Made by a program: the position numbers and the translations under genes. A stretch of 64,000 bases of DNA, taken from IMG/VR virus record IMGVR_UViG_3300028883_000033, positions 64,001 through 128,000 of that record; one strand, 5' to 3'. Shown here in pieces: positions 1 to 11,483 of this stretch. Each line of letters starts with the position of its first letter. Positions within the stretch are counted from its first letter, which is position 1. Origin of the DNA: a virus. The notes beneath the pieces were generated by a model, which made no database searches, was not told where the DNA came from, and saw only the letters and a program-made list of their open reading frames with translations.

Positions 1-2
1 AC

Positions 3-2546
3 GCACGAAGTGATGAACTCCGACTGCAGTTTGTTAGTGAGGATGATTTGTGCGACTCTGGTTATGCTGCTAACGTATATGATTCTGCTTGCGGTTTTGC
101 TTTCCCAATTTCCGGAACGGGTGTGTTGGTTGTTGAAAGTGGATGGACTGGAATTTCAATCACTGATTCATCTCGCTGGGTTAACTACCCTGATCAGTTG
201 GCTGAGTTGAATGATAACAACGGTATCCTGTATTTTGATCTGCGGTTGCGTCCTGAGAAGATGCTTGAAGTAAGTTCGGCAGATCCTAGCGACATCATTG
301 TTAGTACAGGATCACCAGCAACAACGGACAACTACATTCGTCACAACTTTGCTTGTGACTTCGTGACGATTACTGGCAACCTAGGTTATCCAGCAAATCA
401 CTACATCGACAGTACTGTAGGAAGTGTGATGTATCCTATGGCGGCGGACGGTCGTAGTTCAACAGTGTCTGAATATATTCCGTTCTCTAATATGGTCCGT
501 GTATTTAAGGGAACCTACAATACTTCAGATCCAGCATATGATCCTTCTAATCCAAGCCCTTCATTCATTGGCGAGGAGATGATCAATGGTGTTGATTATA
601 TTGAAGTAGCATCAACGGATCCAACGGAATTGCGCACTAACCGACTGCAGTTTGCTCAAGACTTGTCTGGATATGTTGTCCGTGTGATATACGGAACTGC
701 TACCTTGTTGTCCGGCGTGCACTATGATATGTTTAATTCCAACGTGGTGCATGTTCTATCCCCTCATGTTATTGATGGTACGTTAAATGATGCTAAGGTT
801 TGGGGATGGACATTTGATAAAGAGTCAATTAATCCACATAAACTGATTGATACCTTATCCGAAACAGTTCTAGCTACGATACAATATTGGGACCCTGCAC
901 GTGGGCATCATTATTACAATGGCATTCATGTAGTAGATCTACAGGGGGACACTGACCCAGCTGCTTATAGTAACACACTTGAAACAGATGAAGGCCAGTG
1001 CCGCCGTATTGCTGCTGGTGGTATTTGCACTGATCCAACTCGCAGAACGGCTGAAAATGATTGGAATAAGCCACGCGTTGGAACGACTTGGATGGATACA
1101 AGCCGCCTGGGTTATGTTCCATATTACGATCCTGCCGTATATGATAGTACCGACGAGCAGTACCTGCAGTGGGGAACTCTCGCGGATTGGGCCGACGTTA
1201 AGATTTACGCGTGGGTTGAGTCTGACGTTCATCCTGAAGAATGGAACGCGCTTGCTGAAGCGGAGGAAGGTAATACCACCATCGATCAGAGAAAACGTAA
1301 ATCAGGCCGTACGTTCAAAACTCTATTCCGAGATAATGGTGGAGAATGGGAAGTCGCTCGCGACACCTATGAAGAGTTTGATGTGTTGTTTGACGCACAG
1401 ACGTTTGGAACGGAAACGGAGTTCCAAGTCACTGAGTGGGTTGATGTCAATAATGTGGATCTTACAGTTTATGTCAACGGCCGTCTGGTTGATCCTCAAC
1501 CTACACCATCATCCACCACGGGTTGGAGAATTATATCACCTAACACTATTGGAATCTTCCAACTAGAAGAAACCGATCGCGTCCGGGTAGTTGAACATCG
1601 CCCAGGTTATAACCCAACTCTTGATGATGATACTAATGCAGCAAATCTTGAAGCAGCGTTGTCAGGCTCTCCACAGATGTGGATGGAAGATTATCAGTAC
1701 ACGGTCGATACGTACTATGATCGTTTTGATATCGAGCGTTCGGTGTACTACTTCTGGGTTGAAGATAAAGTAACGCGCGGCACGAAATCAATGTCACCTC
1801 AGGCGGCTCAAGATTCTATGGTTGATATTCCTATCCCATATGCATTCTATGATGATGTTCGTCAATCGCGAGTGGTTACATTTGAAGGCGAAACAGTCCA
1901 AATCCCTGTTCACTTCACCCGTTCGGTCATTCGTGGTATCCGTGATATCATTAATGATAGTGATCGGTATGCGATTCGTTGGACGCGAGACCATACTCTA
2001 CGTGATACCTTGGATACCGGAACAACAGCGCTTGAAAAGAAACAGTTACATGAACAGTGGGAGCTGATTCGTCGTGAGATGCCTTATCACATCCCTCGCG
2101 CGTTGTGGGATAAGGTGACTGAGTCTATAGTTCAGTACAAATTGAACGATCCGACTACTCGTGTTCCTTCGTATCAGCGCGAATTGTATGATGAGGAAAA
2201 CGGAACAGATACTAGGTATGGTCTGAGAGATGGACAGGCGTTCACTGATGGTACGCTAGCGCTTGCCACGATCATTGCTGACCTGAATAATCCTGATAAT
2301 GATTTTAAACCAGTGGATATCAACGTATTTTTCCAGCAACACTCATTTGATACTGCGGAAGATATCGTGGACTCCATGAACACAATTTACAACACATTCC
2401 CGTTCGTACACGTGAATAGAATGTTCTTTGATGTGCTTCTTGATGCGTTTTCCGTCAAGCGTAAATACGAGGATATATTTAAAACCTCGATGGTAGCATT
2501 GCATGGCATCAGACCATTCCAGGTTGGTGGACTATTTGACGATTAA
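3..2546 (+). CDS. Large baseplate wedge-like structural protein, 5'-truncated by the window edge
   Basis: Frame is open from position 3 (ARSDELRLQF...), so the 48 start is an artefact. WG..A..DVKIYAWVES.V.P.EW and YYFWV blocks resemble jumbo-phage baseplate wedge proteins; first gene of the structural block. Confidence 0.6.
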   Translation, partial: ARSDELRLQFVSEDDLCDSGYAANVYDSACGFAFPISGTGVLVVESGWTGISITDSSRWVNYPDQLAELNDNNGILYFDLRLRPEKMLEVSSADPSDIIVSTGSPATTDNYIRHNFACDFVTITGNLGYPANHYIDSTVGSVMYPMAADGRSSTVSEYIPFSNMVRVFKGTYNTSDPAYDPSNPSPSFIGEEMINGVDYIEVASTDPTELRTNRLQFAQDLSGYVVRVIYGTATLLSGVHYDMFNSNVVHVLSPHVIDGTLNDAKVWGWTFDKESINPHKLIDTLSETVLATIQYWDPARGHHYYNGIHVVDLQGDTDPAAYSNTLETDEGQCRRIAAGGICTDPTRRTAENDWNKPRVGTTWMDTSRLGYVPYYDPAVYDSTDEQYLQWGTLADWADVKIYAWVESDVHPEEWNALAEAEEGNTTIDQRKRKSGRTFKTLFRDNGGEWEVARDTYEEFDVLFDAQTFGTETEFQVTEWVDVNNVDLTVYVNGRLVDPQPTPSSTTGWRIISPNTIGIFQLEETDRVRVVEHRPGYNPTLDDDTNAANLEAALSGSPQMWMEDYQYTVDTYYDRFDIERSVYYFWVEDKVTRGTKSMSPQAAQDSMVDIPIPYAFYDDVRQSRVVTFEGETVQIPVHFTRSVIRGIRDIINDSDRYAIRWTRDHTLRDTLDTGTTALEKKQLHEQWELIRREMPYHIPRALWDKVTESIVQYKLNDPTTRVPSYQRELYDEENGTDTRYGLRDGQAFTDGTLALATIIADLNNPDNDFKPVDINVFFQQHSFDTAEDIVDSMNTIYNTFPFVHVNRMFFDVLLDAFSVKRKYEDIFKTSMVALHGIRPFQVGGLFDD

Positions 2547-2548
2547 CT

Positions 2549-5500
2549 ATGGCAACAGAAAATAAGTGTACAGGTCTCAAAGTTCTCGACCCCGTCCAGG
2601 GGTTGGTGGACTACATTAACGACATTAAACCTTATCACACGAAAGTGGTTGAGGTGCTCGTTGAGTACGTCTATGGCGAGGCAGTGGACATTAACATTGA
2701 AGAGTATCTCCATACTCAAATTGATATGTTCCGTCCTGAAGAACCGGAATTTGGTTATGACTGTGTGCGAGGTTATAGCTTATTGCCTTATGGAACACCT
2801 TATGGTGGTTGGCCGATAGTTCCGCCTAACCCAGCGTTAACGGAAATAGAATATAATCAGTATCCAGCTTTCAATGCTTCGGCTGGGTCGATAACCATCC
2901 CAGGCAATCGAGTCGATGATATCAAAGTCGGGTCCCGCATTGAAGTTGTGACATGGATTGAAGATTTTACGGATCCTGAAAATGTTGTTACTCTCCCAGA
3001 CCCATCCAACAACTTTAACAAATTCTTCACCGTATCGCAGGTTGTGTATAATGGTGGTGGAATTGATCAGTGGGATAGCTTTCCTGATCCAGCAACGTAT
3101 CGCACTGGCGTAGAACCACACACAGTAGTTACCCTTTCGGAAGGGTTTGGATCCATTCCAGCATTAACACCTGAGCAGGTTTATGTAGGTGTTATTCGTT
3201 TAGCGCCAATGGAAATTGAGCGTGTGTATTCCTACAGCAATGTGGATGCTAGATTTGAAGCATCACCTCCAAACCTTATTCAGGAGCCGGATGAAGGATA
3301 TCTCCGCCGCGAGATTGTAGGCGTAGTCCTATCAACCCTTGATGGTTATGGGATCGCTATTCCAGATACAGGTAAGTTGATTGTTGGTGGCAACTTACTC
3401 AGAAGCAACATTTTTGTTGGCGATCGATTGGCCGTTTATGATTCATCCGGTAATAATGGCTTATACAACATAGCATCACTCTCGTATGATGGTGGCAACG
3501 ATGAAACGACGGTGGGTGTTGTTGAACGTGTCAGAGATCCGATAGCAGATGGTGTTATTCAGATTGACATTCCATCAAACGTATTTGTAGTTGATGGTGA
3601 CCATCGTTCGCGGTTTAAGCAGGGGTACGTATTCAATATTGCTGGCGGTTCGTTCTCTGGACGATACACCACATTAACATCTGACTTTGTAGATGGAAAA
3701 ACTCGTATTCGACCTACGAGTGATATCATCAACACCATATTTGGTATTGACATCATAGGAACGGCAACGGGTTTTGTTGTTCGAGGAAATCAAACAGGAA
3801 AGTTTGCGTCTGGTAGCCAGGTTAACGTTGTTGGATCACCTACAAATGATGGTTCATATGTTGTGGTATCATCCACATACGACAGCATCAATAATGAAAC
3901 AGAGGTTCAAGTATGCAGCGCATGCACAGGATCACCTGTAGCAGCCGATCCTGTTGATTCTGAAGCAGGTGGTCAAATATTTGCTGTTCAGATGGGTATG
4001 ATCAAAGAAGCTCTTTTCGGTTTCGGTGAAAGCTCCGACTTATGCGCCAACACGTATGGGACAATGGTTCGTGTTAAGTTTCATGAACAACTAACCTTTG
4101 ATGGTTTGGGTTTTGATGCTGCTGACGATCTGATTGTGCACAACATGGAGAATAATGATTCGTGGGGGTATGAACTTCCACTTTTCACTGCTTTCAGTTC
4201 GATGGAGCCAACGGTTACAGAAAGCACTGTTCCTCCAGCCGTTCCTTCTCTCAATGAATTTTGGTTCAACACATCAGCACCTGGCGTTTCAAGCTATGCT
4301 CGAGCTCTCCATCGTTTCAATGGCTCCGATTGGAAACCAGCGCAAACGATATACTGGTTAGATACAGACACCAAGTTGTTATACTACAGAACAAAAACCC
4401 CAACTGTCGATACGGACTGGGTACTGTACTTGGCTGAGCCTCCAGGCTTCAATGACATCCAACCTGCAGTTGGTAAAACTGAAATCATTGGCGCTGAGAC
4501 GTTCATAATTGAAGAGGTCGCACCAAACATCCCACAATCCACATTTACATTCAAATCACTATCATATGCAATATCGGGTATTGTTGACGGGGCATTAGCC
4601 GGTGTAGAAGATTACTTCCTCGTTGATGGAAATGTTCTTCATGATGCTGACGGTATTGACTTTACATCCGGATCCAGAATGTTGGAAGTTACTGGTAGTG
4701 GGTTGAATGACGGAACGTACACAATTTCTCATGTGACGTTTATTGCCGGTGATAATCAAACCAGAATTTATGTCGAAGAGAACATCCCGACGGTAGTGGT
4801 ATCTGGTGATATCACGATTGGGCCGTTGGTAGTTCCGGGTGTTGATGATACATTAATCCGCGTAACAATTAACAACGTTCCAGCACAAATTACGCTGGAC
4901 ACCGCGTCGCAGTTTACATTAATAAGTCCTGATTTTAACATTGGGGATGTTGTCAAAGCGACTGTATATGATAGAACGCGTCTCGAAACAAATGCAAATG
5001 TGAATCAGTATGGATACTCACCGCATACTATATTCCACGATAATATTACCGCAGTAGGATCGCCAGCTCATTCTTATGTTCTGTATGGTGGTGATTATGT
5101 TCACCGTATGATCCCTCAGAACGTGTTGGAAGTGTATGACGTCTCCAATAACACGTTACTAGAAAAACAACGTCCTCAAAGTTTTAATGTTTGGGATGTA
5201 GATACTACTGCGAACACTATCACGATTGATGGTGAGTATGATTGGTTCTTTACACCTGGTGTCATTCTTTCGGTGCTGACTTCCGACGGAACGCTCGAAG
5301 AGTTCACGGTAAGCTCAGGCTCACCTGGAGTTCAGGTGCAAGGGTCGCCAGCGCAGACAATCATTCCTGTAGAGGAAGACGTTATTGGACGTCTATCCAG
5401 AATAGCACCAGGGCATTTCAGAAATGCTCCTAGCTGGGATGTTTATGAGATTGATAACGTAACAAACTCAATCATCGTATATGGTGATTACCGAAACGCG

Positions 5501-7336
5501 TTCCCTGTCGGCACATTCGTCAAGGTGTTTGACTCTACTACAGGAAACAGCGATAAGTTGTTTGAGGTTGATGCTGTCACTTACGCAGCCGGTAATGGAA
5601 CAACAGTTATTAGCGTCATAGACCCGTATGCTCCAGCGTCAGACCCAATTCCGGATCCAGATCCACACACAACAACAACTGCGATTGTGGTTCCAGCTAA
5701 CCTACCATCATATCAGAATGTGTATGGCGCTGTGTATGATCCTCAGGTGGACCCATCGGTTCCTGGCGACAACGTGAAGACATATGTGTTGCCAACTACT
5801 GCAGTTCATACAGATGCTGACGCAATTTCGTACATATGGTATGGTCCACTACGTATTGAATTGGCGGTCGCGTTTGAGAACAATCTGAGAACATCTATTC
5901 TTGATGGTTTGGGAGCTTCCAATGAGCTAATGCAGGTTCCAGACCGTTACGAAATTATTGAAACCGATCGTACTGCAAATACTATAAGAATTCATCATGA
6001 TGATCCTCTAACTGGCCTACCTGTCGATTTAACAGATAGCTTCCCCGTTGGAGAAGTGATTCGCATTGCAGGGTCCGACGGTCAGTTTGAGTATCAGACA
6101 AATAACTACCAGTATGTTGTCAATTCTGTAGTGTGGGAAGAAGGTACAACCGGTGATACAATAATCACTGTAGAAACTGATTTTGATAAGCTGCCACCGT
6201 ATGTGGAGCTGAATGTTGTCAGTGCCACAAATACTGGAGGCCCTGCCAGTAATGAATCTCAGCTAGTTTTTGACCGTTTCGTTGGTTCACCTGCCTTTGA
6301 TTTGCTGAATATCGTTCATCAGTATCAGCTTGATTCGGGTCATACTGTTATTCGTTTCGACGAGCCAATCATTCACGTTTGGGGTCCTCGCAATGCGACA
6401 ACGATTACTCGTCTGGAATATGATGCAACAACAATTACGCTAACGCTCGACACTGATATTGAGGATGAAGGTTTCACCGGCGCCCTTGGTTTTGCACTGG
6501 CCACATTCATTGGTGGAATTTATTATGATTCGACTAACGTTGCTGTAGACTGGAAGGATGGTTATATCCTCCGCGAGGCATTCCGGATTGAATCAGCGAC
6601 AGAGAACTTAGCATCAACAGAGATCACAGAAAATCTCGATTTCGGTTGGGGCACCACACAACGTTGGGCTATAATTTCAACGGATGCTGCAAACAACACA
6701 ATCGTAGTTGCTGGAGACATTTCGGGTATTATTGATCCTGACGATGACGCCATCATTATTGGTTCTCAGGGCAATGACGGAATGTATGAAATCGAATCAT
6801 TCTCATATGCACCTGGCCCGGACGAAACTACGGTTGTGCTACGCAATCCTGGACTGCCTGTTGATCCTCCAGCTGGACTCGAGGGATACTTCCAATTGGA
6901 AGACATTGACATCACAAGTTGGTACCAATACCTAATAAAAGAAGCCAACTCAACGACAAATGTCTTCACGGTATACGGAAATGCTACCTTGGATGTTCAG
7001 TCTGGAATGCAGTTTAGAGTGTTTGGAACACTTAATGATGGATTGTTCACTGTAACAGCACCGCCAATATATGATGCTGCGACTACAACAACATCAATCC
7101 AAGTGGCAAATATAGATACCGACGACAATGGTGGTTGGATTGAGTCATACCGTGATTATGGTATTCGCCTCATATTCGAAGACCATGTCGGAATAGATAT
7201 AACAGAGAATGTAGATGCAGTTCTTGTCTTGACTGCTGGTTCTATGATGGATGCGTTTGATTACCCATACTTCGATATCGGCGCATTTGACGAGGACTAC
7301 AAGACGGTTGTGCATCTATATGGCAATACATTTTAA
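2549..7336 (+). CDS. Large baseplate/tail-associated structural protein with repeated beta modules
   Basis: 1595 aa. N-terminal DYINDIKPYHTKV motif as in jumbo-phage baseplate proteins; about 8 degenerate GS.GNDG.Y.I.S..Y....T.I.V repeats. Confidence 0.6.
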   Translation: MATENKCTGLKVLDPVQGLVDYINDIKPYHTKVVEVLVEYVYGEAVDINIEEYLHTQIDMFRPEEPEFGYDCVRGYSLLPYGTPYGGWPIVPPNPALTEIEYNQYPAFNASAGSITIPGNRVDDIKVGSRIEVVTWIEDFTDPENVVTLPDPSNNFNKFFTVSQVVYNGGGIDQWDSFPDPATYRTGVEPHTVVTLSEGFGSIPALTPEQVYVGVIRLAPMEIERVYSYSNVDARFEASPPNLIQEPDEGYLRREIVGVVLSTLDGYGIAIPDTGKLIVGGNLLRSNIFVGDRLAVYDSSGNNGLYNIASLSYDGGNDETTVGVVERVRDPIADGVIQIDIPSNVFVVDGDHRSRFKQGYVFNIAGGSFSGRYTTLTSDFVDGKTRIRPTSDIINTIFGIDIIGTATGFVVRGNQTGKFASGSQVNVVGSPTNDGSYVVVSSTYDSINNETEVQVCSACTGSPVAADPVDSEAGGQIFAVQMGMIKEALFGFGESSDLCANTYGTMVRVKFHEQLTFDGLGFDAADDLIVHNMENNDSWGYELPLFTAFSSMEPTVTESTVPPAVPSLNEFWFNTSAPGVSSYARALHRFNGSDWKPAQTIYWLDTDTKLLYYRTKTPTVDTDWVLYLAEPPGFNDIQPAVGKTEIIGAETFIIEEVAPNIPQSTFTFKSLSYAISGIVDGALAGVEDYFLVDGNVLHDADGIDFTSGSRMLEVTGSGLNDGTYTISHVTFIAGDNQTRIYVEENIPTVVVSGDITIGPLVVPGVDDTLIRVTINNVPAQITLDTASQFTLISPDFNIGDVVKATVYDRTRLETNANVNQYGYSPHTIFHDNITAVGSPAHSYVLYGGDYVHRMIPQNVLEVYDVSNNTLLEKQRPQSFNVWDVDTTANTITIDGEYDWFFTPGVILSVLTSDGTLEEFTVSSGSPGVQVQGSPAQTIIPVEEDVIGRLSRIAPGHFRNAPSWDVYEIDNVTNSIIVYGDYRNAFPVGTFVKVFDSTTGNSDKLFEVDAVTYAAGNGTTVISVIDPYAPASDPIPDPDPHTTTTAIVVPANLPSYQNVYGAVYDPQVDPSVPGDNVKTYVLPTTAVHTDADAISYIWYGPLRIELAVAFENNLRTSILDGLGASNELMQVPDRYEIIETDRTANTIRIHHDDPLTGLPVDLTDSFPVGEVIRIAGSDGQFEYQTNNYQYVVNSVVWEEGTTGDTIITVETDFDKLPPYVELNVVSATNTGGPASNESQLVFDRFVGSPAFDLLNIVHQYQLDSGHTVIRFDEPIIHVWGPRNATTITRLEYDATTITLTLDTDIEDEGFTGALGFALATFIGGIYYDSTNVAVDWKDGYILREAFRIESATENLASTEITENLDFGWGTTQRWAIISTDAANNTIVVAGDISGIIDPDDDAIIIGSQGNDGMYEIESFSYAPGPDETTVVLRNPGLPVDPPAGLEGYFQLEDIDITSWYQYLIKEANSTTNVFTVYGNATLDVQSGMQFRVFGTLNDGLFTVTAPPIYDAATTTTSIQVANIDTDDNGGWIESYRDYGIRLIFEDHVGIDITENVDAVLVLTAGSMMDAFDYPYFDIGAFDEDYKTVVHLYGNTF

Positions 7337-7347
7337 AATATAAAAAA

Positions 7348-7353
7348 TAAATA
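7348..7353 (+). promoter_or_regulatory. Late promoter TAAATA
   Basis: AATAAATA in an AT-rich gap 30 nt before ORF 7384; the same motif precedes most structural genes here (T4 late consensus TATAAATA). Confidence 0.6.
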
Positions 7354-7383
7354 GGGCGAATACACTCTATTTGGGGATGAGCG

Positions 7384-10300
7384 ATGGCAAGATTTAATTT
7401 TAGGCACGGGATTGCGCGTAGACAGCAAGATAGCAACAACAATCCCAATAACCTTCAGCCATCGAACGGCGGTTCATACGTTGACTTAATCGTATCACCA
7501 GATCCTACAGCCTTTCTAATTGCACACTTCGATGTCGACTACCTGGTAACTGAAAACGCCACAGTAGCAAAGGCATGGGGTCCATTTACGTCCGGAACGG
7601 ATTACTGGCTGTATTGGGATGTTGATTTTCAAACAGGTGCTCTATCTCGTGGATACACGACATTAGAACCTGAATTTGGGGCAGTGCCCCCATCTTCACC
7701 TGCTCCGGATCAACACTGGTTTGACACATCTGCGGTCGTGCAGAAAGTATGGACAGGCAGTTCGTGGATTGAAAAATTACGGGTATTTGCAGCAAAATAC
7801 CAAAGCGGTACCACGCTAATTTATTATCCGTTAGGGACACAGGTTGGGATTAGTGGCGGCGCCGTATTCGCTGGTAAAATTCTTTTTGACCCCGATCTCA
7901 ACCCGCTGCAGAAGTTCCAGCGGAACCGTCGCGGTCAATTCATTACAACAGAAACTGACCTGAACTCTCAGTTTAACCGAATTTCTAACTTTCGTGTTGA
8001 AGCTGCCGTTGTTCAGGGCGAGGCACAAGAAAACATTCCGATTCACCACGCGGTGAGTTTAAATAATTACGATACGCTAGTCCTTGCTGATCATGATAAT
8101 TCCAATCGACCAGCCATTGGTGTTGCGACCGAAGATATGTTCACGGGCGAAGTTCGTTCGTACATCACTAAGGGATTCCTCACTGATGAAGTTAATTGGG
8201 ATTGGTCGGCGTACCCAGCACAAACGGGTATCTTCCTTGGAGCTGCCGGTGAACTGGTAGCAGAACCAGACCCCCTCGTCTACCATCAGCAATTACTTGG
8301 TTATATCGTAAACCGCAACACGGTTTTCATTAACATTGAGCAGGCAATTGCTCTCGAACCGCCTGCTCAGCAGAATGAATTAGCGGTCGTAACCGACAGA
8401 AACACTGGTAAGAAAGTCGGCCGCCGGATTCCTCGGTTCCTTGAAGACCTTCAAAACGTTGATATCGCCAATCCACAAGATGGTGATGTTATCATTTGGG
8501 ATTCGAATACTAATACGTGGGTATTACAATCGAATTGTTGTGGTGGTGGAAGTGGTAGCCCTCAATCACTAAATGACCTTTCTGACGTAACCGCTGTTCC
8601 TGCTGTTGATGGATATGTTCTAGTTTACCGATCAGGTTCGCCTGGTGGGTGGGTAGCTGAACCATCAACAACAACAGATGAATTTGTAAGAGCATCCAGC
8701 ACGGATACTACAACAGGTCACCTCAACTCGAAGTTGGTGGCGGGAACTGGTATCAGTTTGAACTTATTGAATTCGGGCGGCAATGAACAGTTTGAAATTG
8801 CTCTTAGTGGTGGTGTTCCTGGTGCAGCAAGCGCCGGGCTATTTGTCACTGGTGTCTCTTCACCTGGTGGCGGCATCGTAAGTGACTTCGCCTACGTTCC
8901 AGGAACTGTTCCTTCGAACACCGTTTTGCTAGAAGCCACTTCCGATCAAGAAACAGTTCGCATCGAATTTATCGTTGAAGGAGATCAGTCCTTCTATTCA
9001 CCAACGGTCATTGTTGATGTTCCGACAGGAACGCCGGCGATTGGTGATAATGTGATAGCTACATTGACTCAAGATCCTCAAGATATTCGAACCTTCCACG
9101 GATACGCGGATATCAATATCGCTGATGGTCTAACGGCCGGCCGTATGGTTTATTTGGAAGCATCGCACGGTGCAACCGCATCGGTGTTGATCAAACGCGC
9201 GCCTGAAGCACCACAGATTCAAACGATGACGTTCAGTAGTGTATATCCTACAGTCGCTGCTGATCCAACATCAGGATATCCGGGTGGAACACAAACAACA
9301 ATTAAATCTGGAGATGTGTTCTATGTTTCAGGATCGGTGGACAACTCAGCTACACTAGTCGCCCTCAATACTGGTGGTGCTGTTGGTGGTGGAACATATA
9401 CTACTGCAACGGCTGGCGGCAACCTAGGTGCTATTGATTCCGCCGGTGCTGGTTATCGGACGTTCCTAATTCGATTCAACGCGAGTTCTGCCTCGGGCGT
9501 TCAGACTGCAACTGCAGAAGCGCAGAACAGTTTCGGTTCGTGGGGTAATCCATTTGTTACCACAAACAATGTGGTTATGGATCAGATATCTCCAAGCGTT
9601 AGCATCGGTTCGGTAAACTATCCAACACTTCAAAGTGCATTAAAATTGTCTGAGAGTGCTACCGTTACAAACACGGTATCAGGACAAGACTATGTGTATT
9701 ATTATGAAAATGGCGGTGCAGGATTCATCGACATCTCCAATCCAATAACATACGAAGCATCTAAAACAGTTACTCGTATAGGTGGTAATTACGTATACAA
9801 CGGGAACAATTTTGCTATTAAAGCATATAAGACATCGAATGGAACAACGACTACTGTTGCTACTGGGGATGTTAATATTTCTAATGTTGCACCATCTGTT
9901 GCAATCTCAGGCGCGACGATGAGATTGGTTTCTAGCCCGTCTGGCGAAAACTACGCGATTACATTGACATTCACGCAGCGGTTGCGCCAAGCACCTACGA
10001 TTGCGTCTAGTGGTGATACTACTGCTGGGGATCGTGGTTCTTGGAGCGGATCTGGCGATACTTGGTCGTTTACTCTAACTGTTGATGATGCGGATGTTAA
10101 GGGCACATATACGTGGGTAGTAAACAACGTTAATACGTTGTCCAACAATACCTACAATAACATAATCATTACCTCTGGCGTATCGTATGAGATTGGTGGA
10201 TTTACTACTCGTCTTGTTACTGTCGGCGCTCTTGAACAAGTTGTTGATCTTAATGTTGATATCACGGATCCATCAAAAGTTACCGTTAAGTATGCTGGAA

Positions 10301-10539
10301 CGACAGACAATTTGACGTATCGTGCTTCAGATCTATCACAGTTCCAGAAGGGATGGTCGACTGTCGATGATACACAGTTGGTATACACCCCAGGAGCAGA
10401 ACCGTTCCCGAACTGGTCAAATTTTGTATTCCAAGATGCGACCGTAACACCATCAAGTTGGTTATTCTTAACGGACGCCGCGTTCGCGGGGTCGAATACA
10501 ACCGGAACGTTACAACTTGAAATAGGGGAGGCTGCATAA
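7384..10539 (+). CDS. Virion structural / fibre-like protein
   Basis: 1051 aa, G/S/T-rich; L.DL.DV....P.DG.VL.W fibre repeats; Ig-like C-terminal half. Confidence 0.6.
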   Translation: MARFNFRHGIARRQQDSNNNPNNLQPSNGGSYVDLIVSPDPTAFLIAHFDVDYLVTENATVAKAWGPFTSGTDYWLYWDVDFQTGALSRGYTTLEPEFGAVPPSSPAPDQHWFDTSAVVQKVWTGSSWIEKLRVFAAKYQSGTTLIYYPLGTQVGISGGAVFAGKILFDPDLNPLQKFQRNRRGQFITTETDLNSQFNRISNFRVEAAVVQGEAQENIPIHHAVSLNNYDTLVLADHDNSNRPAIGVATEDMFTGEVRSYITKGFLTDEVNWDWSAYPAQTGIFLGAAGELVAEPDPLVYHQQLLGYIVNRNTVFINIEQAIALEPPAQQNELAVVTDRNTGKKVGRRIPRFLEDLQNVDIANPQDGDVIIWDSNTNTWVLQSNCCGGGSGSPQSLNDLSDVTAVPAVDGYVLVYRSGSPGGWVAEPSTTTDEFVRASSTDTTTGHLNSKLVAGTGISLNLLNSGGNEQFEIALSGGVPGAASAGLFVTGVSSPGGGIVSDFAYVPGTVPSNTVLLEATSDQETVRIEFIVEGDQSFYSPTVIVDVPTGTPAIGDNVIATLTQDPQDIRTFHGYADINIADGLTAGRMVYLEASHGATASVLIKRAPEAPQIQTMTFSSVYPTVAADPTSGYPGGTQTTIKSGDVFYVSGSVDNSATLVALNTGGAVGGGTYTTATAGGNLGAIDSAGAGYRTFLIRFNASSASGVQTATAEAQNSFGSWGNPFVTTNNVVMDQISPSVSIGSVNYPTLQSALKLSESATVTNTVSGQDYVYYYENGGAGFIDISNPITYEASKTVTRIGGNYVYNGNNFAIKAYKTSNGTTTTVATGDVNISNVAPSVAISGATMRLVSSPSGENYAITLTFTQRLRQAPTIASSGDTTAGDRGSWSGSGDTWSFTLTVDDADVKGTYTWVVNNVNTLSNNTYNNIIITSGVSYEIGGFTTRLVTVGALEQVVDLNVDITDPSKVTVKYAGTTDNLTYRASDLSQFQKGWSTVDDTQLVYTPGAEPFPNWSNFVFQDATVTPSSWLFLTDAAFAGSNTTGTLQLEIGEAA

Positions 10540-10958
10540 TGAGTGCTTTTGAAGACTTCATTCAGGTAGAACTTCCTCGTCGCCCTTGGACGGTGGATGA
10601 TCCAGCACAGGAAACAGTTCCAGTCCGCCGTGGCGCAGGCCCCCGTCAGTTGGAATTCGTTGAGCTGTTGGACGGCCAGGTGCTTGGTAAAGTTGGTGGC
10701 GTCGTACAAGGTATCACAATCCCGGGGTTGGGTAGTGATTTAATTCCTAAGAGCTACATTCACATAGAGGATCCTCTTCCTTCAGCGCTGTGGACTATTA
10801 CTCATAATTTGGATTCGGAAGATTTTGTTATCTACGTTACCAATGCTGATGGAAATCAGATAATTCCGAATGAAATAGCTACTTTGGATGCTAACACCGT
10901 GTTGGTAGATTTTAATGTTCCAATCACAGGAAAGGCTGTGATGGTATTTGCATCATAA
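10539..10958 (+). CDS. Small virion protein with W.I.HNL domain
   Basis: TAATG overlap with upstream gene; WTITHNL..QIIPNEI...DANTV.VDF domain also at the C-terminus of ORF 11882. Confidence 0.6.
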   Translation: MSAFEDFIQVELPRRPWTVDDPAQETVPVRRGAGPRQLEFVELLDGQVLGKVGGVVQGITIPGLGSDLIPKSYIHIEDPLPSALWTITHNLDSEDFVIYVTNADGNQIIPNEIATLDANTVLVDFNVPITGKAVMVFAS

Positions 10959-10967
10959 TATAAGCGT

Positions 10968-11414
10968 ATGAATAATAAGTATCTTAGATTATTTGTTGCA
11001 TTAACGAAATTAATGGCTGCGGAAAAAATGCGGTTGGATCGTTATTGTCAGCGCGGCGAGTACCTTGCTTATAAAGTTGCATTGCCACCAGACCCATCCG
11101 TTGTTATTGAACACGCAGACGACGTGAAGTTTGTGTTTGATGTTGAGTTGGAAACGACACAATATCATTTCACTGATGATGCCTTTGACAGTGATTCGTT
11201 TGTGTTATTCGAACAACACTTATCGACTTATCTGAATGAACTATTTCAGCGAAAAACGGACTTTGAACAGCAGAATCAAATGTTCAGGGCTGTGATGAAA
11301 AAAATACATTCTGAGTTGACGGAAGAAGAACAACAGTGTTTAGCAACAAACATAGACGCAAATACACCAACGGTTCTCAAAGAACTTGGCGTAATAACCG
11401 AAGAAAAATTTTAA
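10968..11414 (+). CDS. Hypothetical protein
   Basis: 148 aa ORF filling the gap; AT-richer than its neighbours. Confidence 0.6.
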   Translation: MNNKYLRLFVALTKLMAAEKMRLDRYCQRGEYLAYKVALPPDPSVVIEHADDVKFVFDVELETTQYHFTDDAFDSDSFVLFEQHLSTYLNELFQRKTDFEQQNQMFRAVMKKIHSELTEEEQQCLATNIDANTPTVLKELGVITEEKF

Positions 11415-11483
11415 TTTGATAAATATAAAATGCGAAAATCACCGGTGGGTGAGTCGTCATTGATACCACAAATAGGGATTGAG

